Shown here: positions 29,710 through 38,409 of the stretch, in pieces
Layout of the letters: every line of letters starts with the position of its first letter
How positions within the stretch are numbered: the stretch's first letter is position 1
NCBI RefSeq assembly: GCF_004361915.1
Contig: NZ_SNWP01000010.1
Coordinates: forward strand, 1,016,050 to 1,080,049
DNA: 64,000 bases
Direction of reading: 5' to 3'
Source of the DNA: Sediminibacterium goheungense
GTDB lineage: Bacteria; Bacteroidota; Bacteroidia; Chitinophagales; Chitinophagaceae
Notes under the pieces: model-generated
Databases searched by the model: none
What the model was told of the DNA's origin: nothing
Seen by the model: only the letters and a program-made list of their open reading frames with translations
Translations under genes and position numbers: made by a program

Positions 29710-30867
29710 ATGGGAATACTTTTAATTATACTACTGTCTATCTACCTGCTGGCCTGGTTACTTAGCAATATGCCATCTTGGTATCGAAGGCTGACCAGAC
29801 TGATCAGCAAACTGGGTAACAAAAACACACAATTGTTTGACAGCTATTTCGTTGAACCTAAAGCATTTTATTTGAGAGAGTTCAATAAGGTTCCAGCAAT
29901 GGCTTTTATCGGCAGTATAAATACTGATGCCGTATTAACGATGATCAATGAAAAGCAGTTTGGTGAACCTGTTGCTGTCTACCAACGTAATTATTACAAT
30001 TGGAAGGCAGAAAGAATTGAATTTACCAAAACACTGGTGGTACTGGAAAAGCGTATGATAATTATGCTTGATGAAGATAGTGCTGAAATACTGTTTTGCA
30101 ATACCGATTATGAAAAAGCCAGCAACATGATCCTTGCATTCAGTAAACATAAAGCTTTACAGAAAGAAGCTGATTTTGAAATCAATATTATTACACAATC
30201 TACGTATGGACTGGATTTGAAATCACTGGCGATTAAACCTACGGAACTGGATATCGATCTGTATTATAATGATGACTTCAAAGAAGTAGATGCGGTAATT
30301 AAAGAGCGGCTGAGTAAAGAAAATGAAAAAGGTATCGTGTTGTTACACGGTTTACCAGGTACGGGCAAAACAACTTATCTGCGACACCTGATCGGAGGAC
30401 TCAAGAAAAAAGTACTCTTCGTATCACCCGGTGTTGCCGGTAATTTAATGAACCCCGAGTTCATGGATCTCTTACTCGATAATCCGAATGCTGTTTTGAT
30501 TATAGAAGATGCAGAAAACATCATCATGGACAGAAGATACAGCAGTCAGAGTAGCGTAAGCAACCTGCTCAATATCAGCGATGGTTTGTTGAGCGACTGT
30601 CTGAATGTACAGATCATCTGCACTTTTAACAGTGCAGTAAATATGGTTGATGAAGCACTGATGAGAAAGGGCAGGCTGATTGCGCGATACGAGTTTGCAA
30701 AACTGGAAACAGTGAAAGCGCAAAAACTGAGTAAACATTTAGGGCTGAATCAACTGATCAGTAAACCTATGACATTGGCAGAAATTACCAACCCTGATGA
30801 AAACTTTCATGAGGTAGTACATACCAATGTTATCGGATTCAGACGAGATGCCGCATTGGTTAACTAA
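29710..30867 (+). CDS. AAA-family ATPase
   Basis: Walker A GLPGTGKTT and Walker B LIIEDAEN. Classical AAA second region of homology (…LMRKGRLIARYEF). N-terminal ~190 aa uncharacterised. Confidence 0.75.
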   Translation: MGILLIILLSIYLLAWLLSNMPSWYRRLTRLISKLGNKNTQLFDSYFVEPKAFYLREFNKVPAMAFIGSINTDAVLTMINEKQFGEPVAVYQRNYYNWKAERIEFTKTLVVLEKRMIIMLDEDSAEILFCNTDYEKASNMILAFSKHKALQKEADFEINIITQSTYGLDLKSLAIKPTELDIDLYYNDDFKEVDAVIKERLSKENEKGIVLLHGLPGTGKTTYLRHLIGGLKKKVLFVSPGVAGNLMNPEFMDLLLDNPNAVLIIEDAENIIMDRRYSSQSSVSNLLNISDGLLSDCLNVQIICTFNSAVNMVDEALMRKGRLIARYEFAKLETVKAQKLSKHLGLNQLISKPMTLAEITNPDENFHEVVHTNVIGFRRDAALVN

Positions 30868-31048
30868 TGTAAAAACTTATAAAAGAACGGATGAAGCATC
30901 CATAAAAGCTTGCCTGACGGCAAGAAGGATAATATACTTTGTTATCAAACCAGAAGTGTGTTTAATAAAGCACCTTAGTGCGGAGGTAGTAACCATCTGT
31001 ATGCTATTGCTGCAAAGTGTAATGTCCTCCATTAATCTGCTGTATGTT

Positions 31049-31196
31049 GGGGGTTCGAGTCCTCCTTCCGGTAATACCGGAATAGCTCAACAGGTTAGAG
31101 CATCAGCCTTTATGTGGGTTCGAGTCCCACTTCCGACTTTGTCGGAATAGCTAAATGGTAAAGCACTACATAAAGATGTAGAAGAAGTACATCACT
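31049..31196 (+). other. Three tandem tRNA-gene remnants, none intact
   Basis: Fragment 1 (31049-31073): T-arm GGGGG-TTCGAGT-CCTCC plus acceptor 3' strand. Fragment 2 (31076-31138): acceptor 5' strand, D-arm (TAGCTCAACAGGTTAGAGC), half anticodon arm, then T-arm GTGGG-TTCGAGT-CCCAC and acceptor 3' strand. Fragment 3 (31141-31196): GTCGGAATAGCTAAATGGTAAAGCA… with a degenerate anticodon/T region. Confidence 0.6.
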
Positions 31197-31451
31197 TCTA
31201 TAAAAAGATGCCAGCAAATAGTTGTAGCACAGGGGAAGGGATAACAGGTATTGGCATATACCAGTTGCTGTTATTCCACATTTCCCTACACCTGCAGCCC
31301 GACACAATGAAGTAGCATACAATTGGTTTACATGAATTGTTCATTGAACATAAAAGTGAACCCTTGCAGCAAGTTTCATCCTGTCAGACTCCGTGAAAAG
31401 AAATGCCACTGTGCTGCTGCTATTATTATTAAGTATGTAAAATTGAAACAA

Positions 31452-32549
31452 ATGAAAAATGTACTAATCAATGCCTATCAGATTGGTATTGTATTAAAAA
31501 GAGGCGTTTACCAGGGTTTCCTTACAGAAGGCAAATACTGGTTATGGGGTAAAGAGGTATTGATCTTCGATCTGTACAAGCCCTTCGTTGCACCTGTGGA
31601 ATTGAATATCCTGTTACAGGATCAGGCACTGGCTGAAAAACTACAACTGGTAGAAGTCAGAGATAATGAAATAGCCCTTCAGTTCGAAAACGGTTATTTC
31701 AAAGAAGTGCTTACTGTGGGAAGGTATGCTTTCTGGAAAGGAGTGAATGAATACCGGTTTGTTATAGCCGATATCAGCAAACCAGATATTGACGAAGCTA
31801 TCGACAAAAGCCTGCTACCACATAAACTGCTTGCACCCTATATACGTATGTATACCGTAGAAAACTATGAAAAAGCATTGCTTTTCATAGATGGAAAATA
31901 CATGGGTATACTGGAAAGTGGTATGTACCAGTGGTTTAAAAACCCTGTACCGATCTTTATTGGTAAAGCCGATATGCGGCAACAACAAATTGATCTCAAC
32001 GGTCAGGAAATTCTAACCAGAGACAAAGCTGCTTTGCGGATTAACGCCTATGCACAGTTTAAAGTTGCAGACATTGAAAAAGCATTACTTGACAACAAGG
32101 ATTACGACAAACAATTGTATGCGCTGTTTCAGCTGGCATTGCGGGAATATATCGGCACTGTAAACTTTGATGATCTGTTGGAGAAAAAAGAAAGTATTTC
32201 TGCAGCAATATTAAATGGTTTGCAGGTAAAAGCAGCAACACTGGGCGTGCAGGTGATTGAACTGGGTATCAGGGATATTATTTTACCAGGCGATGTGAAA
32301 GATATCATGAACCAGGTATTGATTGCTGAAAAGAAAGCACAGGCCAATATCATCATGCGGAGAGAAGAAACCGCAAGCACCAGAAGCTTACTCAATACAG
32401 CTAAGCTGATGGAAGACAACACTATGCTTTGGAAACTGAAGGAAATGGAGTATGTTGAAAAAATCGCTGATAAAATCAACACCATCACTGTAAACAACAG
32501 TGGCGTGTTATCTGATCAGCTAAAACAGCTCTTCATTCCAGGTAAATAA
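31452..32549 (+). CDS. SPFH/band-7 (stomatin/prohibitin-like) domain protein
   Basis: Band-7 core with coiled-coil tail (…DIMNQVLIAEKKAQANIIMRREETAST…). ORF opens at 31323 but runs across the tRNA remnants, so first internal ATG used. Confidence 0.7.
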   Translation: MKNVLINAYQIGIVLKRGVYQGFLTEGKYWLWGKEVLIFDLYKPFVAPVELNILLQDQALAEKLQLVEVRDNEIALQFENGYFKEVLTVGRYAFWKGVNEYRFVIADISKPDIDEAIDKSLLPHKLLAPYIRMYTVENYEKALLFIDGKYMGILESGMYQWFKNPVPIFIGKADMRQQQIDLNGQEILTRDKAALRINAYAQFKVADIEKALLDNKDYDKQLYALFQLALREYIGTVNFDDLLEKKESISAAILNGLQVKAATLGVQVIELGIRDIILPGDVKDIMNQVLIAEKKAQANIIMRREETASTRSLLNTAKLMEDNTMLWKLKEMEYVEKIADKINTITVNNSGVLSDQLKQLFIPGK

Positions 32550-32658
32550 AATGCACCGGGAGTTGTATAATAACGTATAGCTTCCGGTATTTTTTCCAAA
32601 GTGAATAAAAAACAAAACAGATAGCGCTTATACAGCACTATCTTAAACAACAAATGAA

Positions 32659-34104
32659 ATGAGCAGGTTAAAAATAACAGCAAAAGAATTAAGGGCTATC
32701 GGATTTCCAGAGAGTCCGGTAATTCCTGTGGCCATGTCGGTAGTAGATAAGTTTTATAGATTCAGTAAAAAAGACGAGGTGATCGAACTATTAAAAAAAG
32801 TATTGACACAACCTGCCGACTATAAAAATGATCCCATGCTTGAGAGTATTGCTTTAAAACTGCTTCCGAAAGAAGTGGCGAATGCAACGGGCATAGCACT
32901 AAAAGAATCAGGAGCAGCCGTAAGTATTTTCGGGCCCAAACATATTGAAGCAGGTGCATTACACCAGATTCATATGGCAGCTAAACTACCCATATCGGTT
33001 AAAGCTGCATTGATGCCCGATGCCCATCATGGCTACGGCCTGCCTATTGGTGGTGTACTGGCAACTAAAAATGCCGTAATACCCTATGGTGTAGGCGTGG
33101 ATATTGGTTGCAGGATGTGTTTATCAGTTTTCGATATGGATCCCGACCTGCTGAAAAGCAAAACATCTTTTTTTGCAAGGGAAATTCATGAAGCTACATT
33201 ATTTGGCAGTGGTGCACAATTTAAAACAGCAGAAGAGCATGAAGTAATGGACAGGAATGAATTCCATTCTACCCCATTACTCAGGTCGCTCCATGGCAAA
33301 GCATGGAAACAGCTGGGCTCATCGGGTAGTGGTAATCACTTTGTAGAATTTGGCGTAGTTGAAATTCAGGAGAAAGATGAAATACTGGGTATTGAAACCG
33401 GAAAATATATCGGTCTCTTATCGCACTCCGGTTCGAGAGGGCTGGGTGCCAATATTGCCAACTACTATACCAAGCTGGCCATTGAAAAAAGAAAACTGCC
33501 CAACGATGCAAAAAACCTGGCATGGCTCGATTTACAGGAAGCCGAAGGACAGGAATACTGGATGGCGATGAACCTTGCAGGTGACTATGCCAGTGCCTGC
33601 CACCACATTATTCACAGGAAAATTGCCAGACAACTGGGGAGAACACCTATGAAGATGGTAGAGAACCACCACAATTTTGCCTGGAAAGAAATATTGGATG
33701 GCGAAGAAGTTATCGTTCATAGAAAAGGGGCAACACCGGCCGGTAAAAATGTATTGGGTATTATTCCTGGCAGTATGTCGGCCAATGGTTTTATTGTAAA
33801 AGGCAGGGGTATGGCTGATGCTATTCATTCTGCGGCACATGGTGCAGGTAGAAAAATGAGCAGGTCTGCCGCCATCAGTGCCATTACCCATAAAGCTATG
33901 AGGGATGCACTCGATAAAGCAGGCGTAACTTTATTAGGTGGCGGACTTGATGAAGCGCCGTTTGCTTATAAAGATATTCATACGGTAATGTCTGCTCAGA
34001 CTGAACTGGTGGATATTGTAGGCAGTTTTACACCTAAAATTGTAAAAATGTGTGGCGATGGTCCAAAGCAGTTGAGAAAAAGAAACCCTTCAGATGGCGA
34101 ATAA
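32659..34104 (+). CDS. rtcB: RNA 3'-phosphate/5'-OH ligase RtcB (long archaeal/eukaryal-type form)
   Basis: Metal/GMP-site motifs MPDAHHGYG, VDIGCRM, GSGNHF, HRKGAT and AAHGAGR. 481 aa. Confidence 0.8.
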   Translation: MSRLKITAKELRAIGFPESPVIPVAMSVVDKFYRFSKKDEVIELLKKVLTQPADYKNDPMLESIALKLLPKEVANATGIALKESGAAVSIFGPKHIEAGALHQIHMAAKLPISVKAALMPDAHHGYGLPIGGVLATKNAVIPYGVGVDIGCRMCLSVFDMDPDLLKSKTSFFAREIHEATLFGSGAQFKTAEEHEVMDRNEFHSTPLLRSLHGKAWKQLGSSGSGNHFVEFGVVEIQEKDEILGIETGKYIGLLSHSGSRGLGANIANYYTKLAIEKRKLPNDAKNLAWLDLQEAEGQEYWMAMNLAGDYASACHHIIHRKIARQLGRTPMKMVENHHNFAWKEILDGEEVIVHRKGATPAGKNVLGIIPGSMSANGFIVKGRGMADAIHSAAHGAGRKMSRSAAISAITHKAMRDALDKAGVTLLGGGLDEAPFAYKDIHTVMSAQTELVDIVGSFTPKIVKMCGDGPKQLRKRNPSDGE

Positions 34105-34145
34105 AAAGAGCGGTACAAAATGTGCCGCTCTTTTATCAACTGATA

Positions 34146-35879
34146 TTACCTCTTCACCGGTATTTTAATAAACCCATCATTGTGCCATCGAATCTTCAGC
34201 GGTTCTTTTGCATCCTGAATGGTTTCGCTGCTTACATCTTTCCCCGTTCCGTAATTGATTTGTTCCGACTGACTTTTGTTTACGTTTACAATTAATACCA
34301 GCCTGCTGCCCTTCGCTATTTTTCTACTGGTGAAATAACTGTTCGTGAAAGGTAGTGTGGTTTTTTTACCCGGTATCAGCAATTGTCTTTTGGTATTGTC
34401 TCTTGCATAACTGGCCCTGCCCATAAAATAACTGAGGTAGAAATAGCGACCATCAGGTAACTGTTCAAACAACACAGCACTGTAATCCATATCTCGTTTG
34501 TTGATGGTAACTTTCAGGTTGCCGGTAAAACAGCCGGTAAATTCTGTGGCTGTTTCGAAGGGTTTGCTTTTATACATCACACCACCACCACTGAAAAGAC
34601 TGTCCCATATAATACGGAACTCGTAGAAATAACTGTTCATGGAACTGCGATCGGCAAAATCAAGTTCCATATTCGAATAACCCGGCTGTGTTGGTTTTTT
34701 TCGGTTGAGCAGACCTTCGTTTTTATGATCGAGGTAAAAAGTAAGGGTATCATTGCTTACCTTATCAAGCGAAGCAGCATGTTTCCATTCGTTGGAAGCC
34801 ATCGGCTGGTAATTGATCTTGTCTTTTAAAAAAGCGGGCTTGGGTTTTCCCTTCAGTATATAATCGAACCATTCGTAAATGATGTTGTGAATGGAAATAT
34901 TGGCCACCGCATCAATGGTATAACCATGGTAAACCGTATCCGGATGACCCTGTGACCCGAAATGACCATAAGGACCAATGATGACATAATGCTCTGCACC
35001 CGGTTTGTATTTGTTGTGTTCGCGTGTATAATACAGCGCACCCACCTGCCCGCCATCGTAATAACCGGTAGTGGTTAATACGGGTATATCAATATTGGCA
35101 AATTCATGTTTATATGGAATCATGTTTTGCCAGTAGGCATCATAGGTAGGATGTTGCAACCAGGTTTGAAATATTTTATTACGGGGTCTGCCTTCTACCA
35201 AACTATCCAATGCGCGATAAGCCAGGCCTTGCTGAAACCATTGATATTCCAGTTCTTTCCATTTCGGGCTGTTATAATCTTCCGTATCGAGAAAGCGGTT
35301 ATTGGATACATAATAGGTCCAGGAGAAAGGAAAACTCATGATAACATTGTTCATCATCGGCACATCCAAACCCGGTGCAACGGTGGCTGAGGGCACAATG
35401 GTTTTGAGTGCGGGGTGCATACGTTTGGTGGCGGCCCATTGGGTAAAGCCATTATAGCTGCCACCATACATTCCTATTTTTCCATTGCACCATTTCTGCT
35501 TGCTGATCCAGTCTATTACTTCATACACATCTTTTGCATCGTGTTCATAGGGCGTAATTTCACCGGTACCATAGCGCTTGCCACGCGAATAAGCCATCAC
35601 ACCCACATACCCTTTCTCTGCCGCTTCAATGGCTTTTTTAATATCGGTATGGCGGGCATAAATAGTGAACTGGAGAATCACAGGCAGTGGTTGCTGCTGC
35701 TCTTTTTTCAGCACCACCAATGCAGAAATAACGGCACCATCTTTTGAAGGAATCAAAACACTGTCGTACACATGGTAGTACGCGCCTTTAATTAATGTAT
35801 CTCTTCCTGTTGTGTTGTTGGCTTTTACACAAAGCGATGCCCCCAGGCAGCAGACTGCCATGATGAATAGTTTGATCAT
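34146..35879 (-). CDS. CocE/NonD-family (S15 X-Pro dipeptidyl-peptidase-like) alpha/beta hydrolase, secreted
   Basis: Signal peptide. Nucleophile elbow GGSYNG. S15-family length. Confidence 0.7.
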   Translation of the reverse strand: MIKLFIMAVCCLGASLCVKANNTTGRDTLIKGAYYHVYDSVLIPSKDGAVISALVVLKKEQQQPLPVILQFTIYARHTDIKKAIEAAEKGYVGVMAYSRGKRYGTGEITPYEHDAKDVYEVIDWISKQKWCNGKIGMYGGSYNGFTQWAATKRMHPALKTIVPSATVAPGLDVPMMNNVIMSFPFSWTYYVSNNRFLDTEDYNSPKWKELEYQWFQQGLAYRALDSLVEGRPRNKIFQTWLQHPTYDAYWQNMIPYKHEFANIDIPVLTTTGYYDGGQVGALYYTREHNKYKPGAEHYVIIGPYGHFGSQGHPDTVYHGYTIDAVANISIHNIIYEWFDYILKGKPKPAFLKDKINYQPMASNEWKHAASLDKVSNDTLTFYLDHKNEGLLNRKKPTQPGYSNMELDFADRSSMNSYFYEFRIIWDSLFSGGGVMYKSKPFETATEFTGCFTGNLKVTINKRDMDYSAVLFEQLPDGRYFYLSYFMGRASYARDNTKRQLLIPGKKTTLPFTNSYFTSRKIAKGSRLVLIVNVNKSQSEQINYGTGKDVSSETIQDAKEPLKIRWHNDGFIKIPVKR

Positions 35880-35911
35880 ATGGTTGTTGATTTTTTTAGT
35901 GAAGCCATTGG

Positions 35912-36673
35912 CTACAGGCTTCCATATTTATTTTTTAAACGTGCCGACTGCCTGTTCGAAACAGTAAGCCTTTTACCATTCTTCAGCAGAACGGTTAATT
36001 GTCCGTTCGGCAAAGCCTGCATTTGACTGATGAAACCGGTATTGATGATTTCCTGTCTGCTGATGCGGAAGAAAAAAGTTGCATCCAGTGTTTGCTCTAA
36101 TTGGTTCAGCGATTTTTTGATCAATACTTTTTGCTGGTTAAAATAGATTTTTGCATAATTACCTGCCGATTCTATCAGCGAAATCTCATCTGTTTTAATC
36201 ATGTAATAACGGTCGCCCTCTTTCACAAAAAGATGCTGCATCCCCACCCTTGTACCTTGTTCCCTTGTACCTTGCCCCCTTGTATCTTGTTCTTCTTGTT
36301 CTTCGTGTTTCCTTGCAACCTGTTCCTTCACCCTGTTAACCGCCATGGCAAAACGCTCATCGCGTATAGGCTTAACGAGGTAGTCGAGTGCATTGATTTC
36401 AAAAGCTTTCACAGCATAGGCATCGAAAGCAGTGGTGAAAATAACAGCAGGTATGGTATCGAGCGATTCCAGTAATTCAAAACCGGATTTGCCGGGCATT
36501 TGAATGTCTAATAAAAGCAGGTCGGGTTGCATTTCGGTGATGCGTTGTACTGCTTCATCGGCATCAGCAGCTTCGCCCACCAATTCGAAGTCGGCATGCT
36601 GCTGCAGGTGTCTTTTCAGCTCTTCCCTTGCGAGACGTTCATCATCTATTACCAACACTTTTATGCGGTTCAT
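35912..36673 (-). CDS. LytTR-family two-component response regulator
   Basis: Receiver domain (VLVIDDE…LLLLDIQMPG) plus C-terminal LytTR DNA-binding domain. Q/E/T-rich linker encoded by a short tandem DNA repeat. Confidence 0.85.
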   Translation of the reverse strand: MNRIKVLVIDDERLAREELKRHLQQHADFELVGEAADADEAVQRITEMQPDLLLLDIQMPGKSGFELLESLDTIPAVIFTTAFDAYAVKAFEINALDYLVKPIRDERFAMAVNRVKEQVARKHEEQEEQDTRGQGTREQGTRVGMQHLFVKEGDRYYMIKTDEISLIESAGNYAKIYFNQQKVLIKKSLNQLEQTLDATFFFRISRQEIINTGFISQMQALPNGQLTVLLKNGKRLTVSNRQSARLKNKYGSL

Positions 36674-37743
36674 GCTAAGGGTATTTTGAGTGTGGCCAAT
36701 ACGGTATCTGCTGTATGCTGTGTTATCCGGAACGATGCATTGCCATCATACTGCAGTTGCAGCCGCTCCTGTAGGTTTTTTATACCCAGCCCATGGGTGG
36801 CAGCCTGTTGTAGTTTACCGGGGTTTTGCACTTCTACCCGCATGCTGTTGCCATCCTGCACTACCCTGATGCTGAGCATACCGCTTTCTTTGCAGTGGGC
36901 GATACCATGTTTAATGGCATTCTCTGCCAATACCTGTATACTAAATGGTAGCAGTGGCTGCGACAACAATGCTTCGGCTATGGTAAGGGAGGTTTGTAGT
37001 CTTTTTTCTAATCGTATCTGTTCCAGTTCGAGGTAATCTTTTACCATATCCATTTCTTCCTGTAAGGATATGAGGCCGGCTTCTTTCCGGTATAAGGATC
37101 TGCGTAACAGGTCAGACAAAAGATCGATGGCCCTGCGGGTGGCTTGTGGATTTTCAACTACCAGTGCTTTGATGCTGTTGAGTGCATTGAAAAAGAAATG
37201 CGGGTTCAGCTGTGCCGTGAGGTTATTAAAGGCGGCGTCTTTGGCCATCATACCCAAACGGCTGCTTTCTTTTACCGCATTGATTTCGCGGAGGGCAAAA
37301 TGATACCCATAATAGGCCAGCAGCCAGATGCTCATGAGGCGCATACCCGTGGCCATTACCACCAGCCATTGCGCCGATAACTGTTCTGTATAACGCATAG
37401 AGAAACCCGGCTCAAACCAGTATCGCAGCAGGTAATTTTTAGAAACCGTGAGCCACATAAATGCGGCACCCAGCAATACCACTACCGGCAGCAGCCGCCC
37501 TACCAATGGCCGGATGGCCAGTTGATGCCAGCCCCATTGAATAGAAACATTTCTATACAGGTGCGATAAGCCGATATAGATGGAGAGATCGGCCAGAAAA
37601 TGCAGGATGGCCAGCGTCCAGCTGAAACCCGATCCCAGAAAACCCTGCAGCCCCCAATACAATGCCGCCGCCGACCAGCCCAGCAACTGACATTTCCAGT
37701 ACAACGATATTTTTGGTAATAGCTTCATGCTTTTGTTTGACAA
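36670..37743 (-). CDS. Sensor histidine kinase (LytS/YehU-type, His_kinase PF06580-like) with multi-TM sensor
   Basis: N-terminal TM helices. Signature LNPHFFFNALNSI. HATPase_c tail. 4-nt overlap with the response regulator. Confidence 0.8.
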   Translation of the reverse strand: MSNKSMKLLPKISLYWKCQLLGWSAAALYWGLQGFLGSGFSWTLAILHFLADLSIYIGLSHLYRNVSIQWGWHQLAIRPLVGRLLPVVVLLGAAFMWLTVSKNYLLRYWFEPGFSMRYTEQLSAQWLVVMATGMRLMSIWLLAYYGYHFALREINAVKESSRLGMMAKDAAFNNLTAQLNPHFFFNALNSIKALVVENPQATRRAIDLLSDLLRRSLYRKEAGLISLQEEMDMVKDYLELEQIRLEKRLQTSLTIAEALLSQPLLPFSIQVLAENAIKHGIAHCKESGMLSIRVVQDGNSMRVEVQNPGKLQQAATHGLGIKNLQERLQLQYDGNASFRITQHTADTVLATLKIPLA

Positions 37744-38031
37744 ACAAATTAAACTATTACCAGCTTAAGAAATATTTGTACAGGAACGTGAGGGTTTGGG
37801 GGATGGGGGGTTGCTATAGCTTTAATAAGTTTAGGTACTGACTATTTACTGAGCGGTTATAGACAGAGATACTAGAGGCACAAGAGAACCATTAGAGAGT
37901 GCTAGTGAAAACATAGTTTTTTGTAATGAATTCACTTTACAGACTAGTGTATAGTATTGGTAATGTCTAATCTGCCTAGATGCAACTATAGGAAAGTTTA
38001 TGAATTTTTAAAATCAATTCTCATTATATTA

Positions 38032-38409
38032 CTAAGATTGTGGGTAATAAACAAAAGATTGCGGCGGAAGTAAATTATAGTCTGCCCTTAAACATTTTGG
38101 TTGTCTATACTTTTTTGCCTTTTTAATTTGTATAGCAAACCCCTCGGTTCGGTTCTCAAAGTATTGGTAAAAATAATCCTCTGTTATTCCTGATAAATCT
38201 TGCGTCATTTCCCAAAGACTATCAATATCTTTATTAATAATCCTTTCAATGTCAAACTCCCCAATTACCTGCTGAACTGGTGAAGAAGCATATACAATTA
38301 CAGTTTTTATTTTAGTGTTTTTAAAAATAGCTTTTCGAAACTCGAACTTCTTAGTTCCGTCAAATATTTTAAATGCGAATTCAGGTTTTATTGATAATAC
38401 TACTTTCAT
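38032..38409 (-). CDS. ASCH (PUA-like) domain protein
   Basis: 125 aa beginning SIKPEFAFKIFDGTKKFEFRK, the ASCH consensus. 4-nt overlap with the upstream gene. AT-rich. Confidence 0.75.
   Translation of the reverse strand: MKVVLSIKPEFAFKIFDGTKKFEFRKAIFKNTKIKTVIVYASSPVQQVIGEFDIERIINKDIDSLWEMTQDLSGITEDYFYQYFENRTEGFAIQIKKAKKYRQPKCLRADYNLLPPQSFVYYPQS

Noticed and set aside
29710-29790. Hydrophobic N-terminus (MGILLIILLSIYLLAWLL) suggesting the AAA ATPase is membrane-anchored
   Set aside because: Start codon uncertain. An internal Met (MAFIG…) is equally plausible, so no claim about membrane anchoring is made.
31110-31322. 70-aa ORF on − strand ending …EVGLEPT
   Set aside because: It is merely the antisense translation of the tRNA T-arm remnants (GGTTCGAGTCC).
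32659-32900. Apparent ~70-aa N-terminal extension on RtcB relative to E. coli RtcB
   Set aside because: This length is normal for the long archaeal/eukaryal-type RtcB subfamily (~480 aa). It is not a fusion.
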